DNA of 20,000 bases from Chiloscyllium plagiosum (Eukaryota), in NCBI RefSeq assembly GCF_004010195.1, contig NC_057749.1, forward strand, positions 23,952,939-23,972,938. The letters are read 5' to 3'. Under the pieces are notes generated by a model. That model did no database searches, was not told the origin of the DNA, and saw nothing but the letters and a program-made list of their open reading frames with translations. Both the position numbers and the translations under genes were made by a program. Below, piece by piece: positions 18,773-20,000 of the stretch. The stretch's first letter is position 1. Each line of letters opens with the position of its first letter.

Positions 18773-18963
18773 AAGTTAAAAACCACACAACACCAGGTTA
18801 TAGTCGAACAGGTTTATTTGGAAGCACTAGCTTTCGGAGCGCTGCTCCTTCATCAGGTGGCTATGAGCTGGTGCTTCCAAATAAACCTGTCGGACTATAA
18901 CCTGGTGCTGTGTGATTTTGAACTTTGTCCGCCCCAGTCCAACATCGGCTCCTCCACATCATG
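18773..18963. mobile_element. Palindromic Penelope-derived element (third family) with 60-bp inverted arms
   Basis: Arms 18773-18832 and 18866-18925 (54/60 identical). 12-bp TSD tttcttaatctg (18761-18772) / tttctcaatctg (18964-18975). Confidence 0.8.
18825..18859 (-). ncRNA. Putative minimal type I hammerhead ribozyme motif
   Basis: Minus strand: CAC CUGAUGA A GGAGC-AGC-GCUCC GAAA GC UA GUG. It has the full catalytic core, a 5-bp stem II, a palindromic AGCU stem III and a 3-bp stem I (CAC/GUG). Activity is untested. Confidence 0.6.
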
Positions 18964-19065
18964 TTTCTCAATCTGGGCGTTATTAGGAGATAGTTTCAGT
19001 ACCCAACGTGCACGTATGTTTTGTCTGAAGTCAGTGCATCTGTGTGTGTGCTTTCCTGTTCGCAG

Positions 19066-19164
19066 CCTCGGCAGACTGTACTGACAGCGGCTGGAAGCAT
19101 CGGCCAGGCCAGTGGAGACCTCCTGCGGCACATTGGAGAGAGCGAGACAGACGAACGATTCCAG
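19066..19164 (+). CDS. TLN2: Talin-2 coding exon (R1 end/R2 start): PRQTVLTAAGSIGQASGDLLRHIGESETDERFQ
   Basis: Acceptor ttcgcAG, donor GTagga at 19165, 99 nt. The gene continues beyond both window edges. Confidence 0.95.
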
Positions 19165-19940
19165 GTAGGAAGAAAGGTCTCTCTGGAGGGCTTCATTGGT
19201 TGTTGTCATCGCAGTTAGACACTTACCCTTGTTTGTCAGTCTGACTTGTGTTGGTTTTCCATGGACTTTTCACGGGATTGATCCTTCATTTATTGTCCCT
19301 GGAGATAAATTTGTTCCATGTTTGATCTAGAATGTTCTACTCATTCAGATGCACTTGTTGGGCAGCTGCATGAATTTGGTGCTGGATGAGACTGTTAATA
19401 AATTTCTCCCAATGAGTGGGTAATGAGGCAGACAAAAGCCCAAGTATGTGTGTGCGCTTCTGTTTCCATGGCAACGGTTCCCTGGAACAAATTGCCGACC
19501 TTGGGGCTCGAGGGGCGCCACTCTGCTTCACAACATCGCCGACAGGAGCTTTTCCTGCTCTTACTGCCTGACGTCAATGTCTATGGTCGGGGGTCTATTG
19601 GGGATTTGTCGGTTAATAATTGCCTGGTGTGGTCGTGTTACAAACTTTGTCCTCGATCTTAAACTCTTAAAGTGGGACTTGAACCTGCAGCATTCAGACT
19701 CTACCCAATGTGTCACAAGGTGATTCCAGGGAATGTTCATACGATATATTACTGCTGCCAGTGATCAGTAACATTAAAGTTTCGTGTTATTCGCTAATAA
19801 TCACTGAATTCTATATCTGTGCCATTACTAAGACCCCCTCTGTCCAGATCAATGACATGCCTGCCTCTTGTTCAGCTCAATTCCTGCTACCCCCTCCAGA
19901 TTTGAAAATCTGGCCCAGTTCCAGTTGCTTCCCTCTGTCT

Positions 19941-19960
19941 CCCCCCCCCCCCCCCCCCCC
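19941..19960 (+). repeat. C20 homopolymer in a C-rich tract
   Basis: Read directly from the sequence. Confidence 0.95.
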
Positions 19961-20000
19961 ATGACCTTCCCCCACTCCCTCACCCACTCTCCTCCCCCTA

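Noticed and set aside
19349..19419. Possible cassette exon analogous to TLN1 exon 17b after ...ERFQ (cag|ATGCAC...TGG|gtaatg)
   Set aside because: 71 nt is not frame-preserving, the polypyrimidine tract is weak, and there is no recognisable similarity.

Overview
Eukaryotic (vertebrate) genomic DNA. The repeat content (HE1/V-SINE-like SINEs, CR1 LINEs, Penelope-derived palindromes) points to a shark or other cartilaginous fish; this is an inference. The window holds 11 consecutive coding exons of a talin gene on the + strand (594-721, 1428-1491, 4487-4591, 7716-7871, 9403-9504, 12047-12123, 13066-13246, 13583-13696, 16515-16623, 18000-18208, 19066-19164). All have AG/GT boundaries with matching phases and splice into 1344 nt / 448 codons without a stop. 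They encode FERM F2-F3, the linker and rod R1 to the start of R2, and the sequence is talin-2-like. The introns are packed with decayed, often nested mobile elements: CR1 and another CR1/L2-group LINE, several tRNA-derived SINE families, Penelope-like GIY-YIG fragments and palindromic derivatives, and a TA-flanked MITE. There are also microsatellites and an 89-N assembly gap. The most notable hidden signals are (i) minimal hammerhead-ribozyme motifs in the Penelope-derived elements, intact in one antisense copy (18825-18859) and broken in every sense-strand copy, (ii) an inverted Penelope pair bracketing an in-frame 372-nt three-exon block (possible circRNA or skipping), and (iii) an apparent locally templated ~100-bp insertion inside a CR1. 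I found no evidence for a new protein-coding system.
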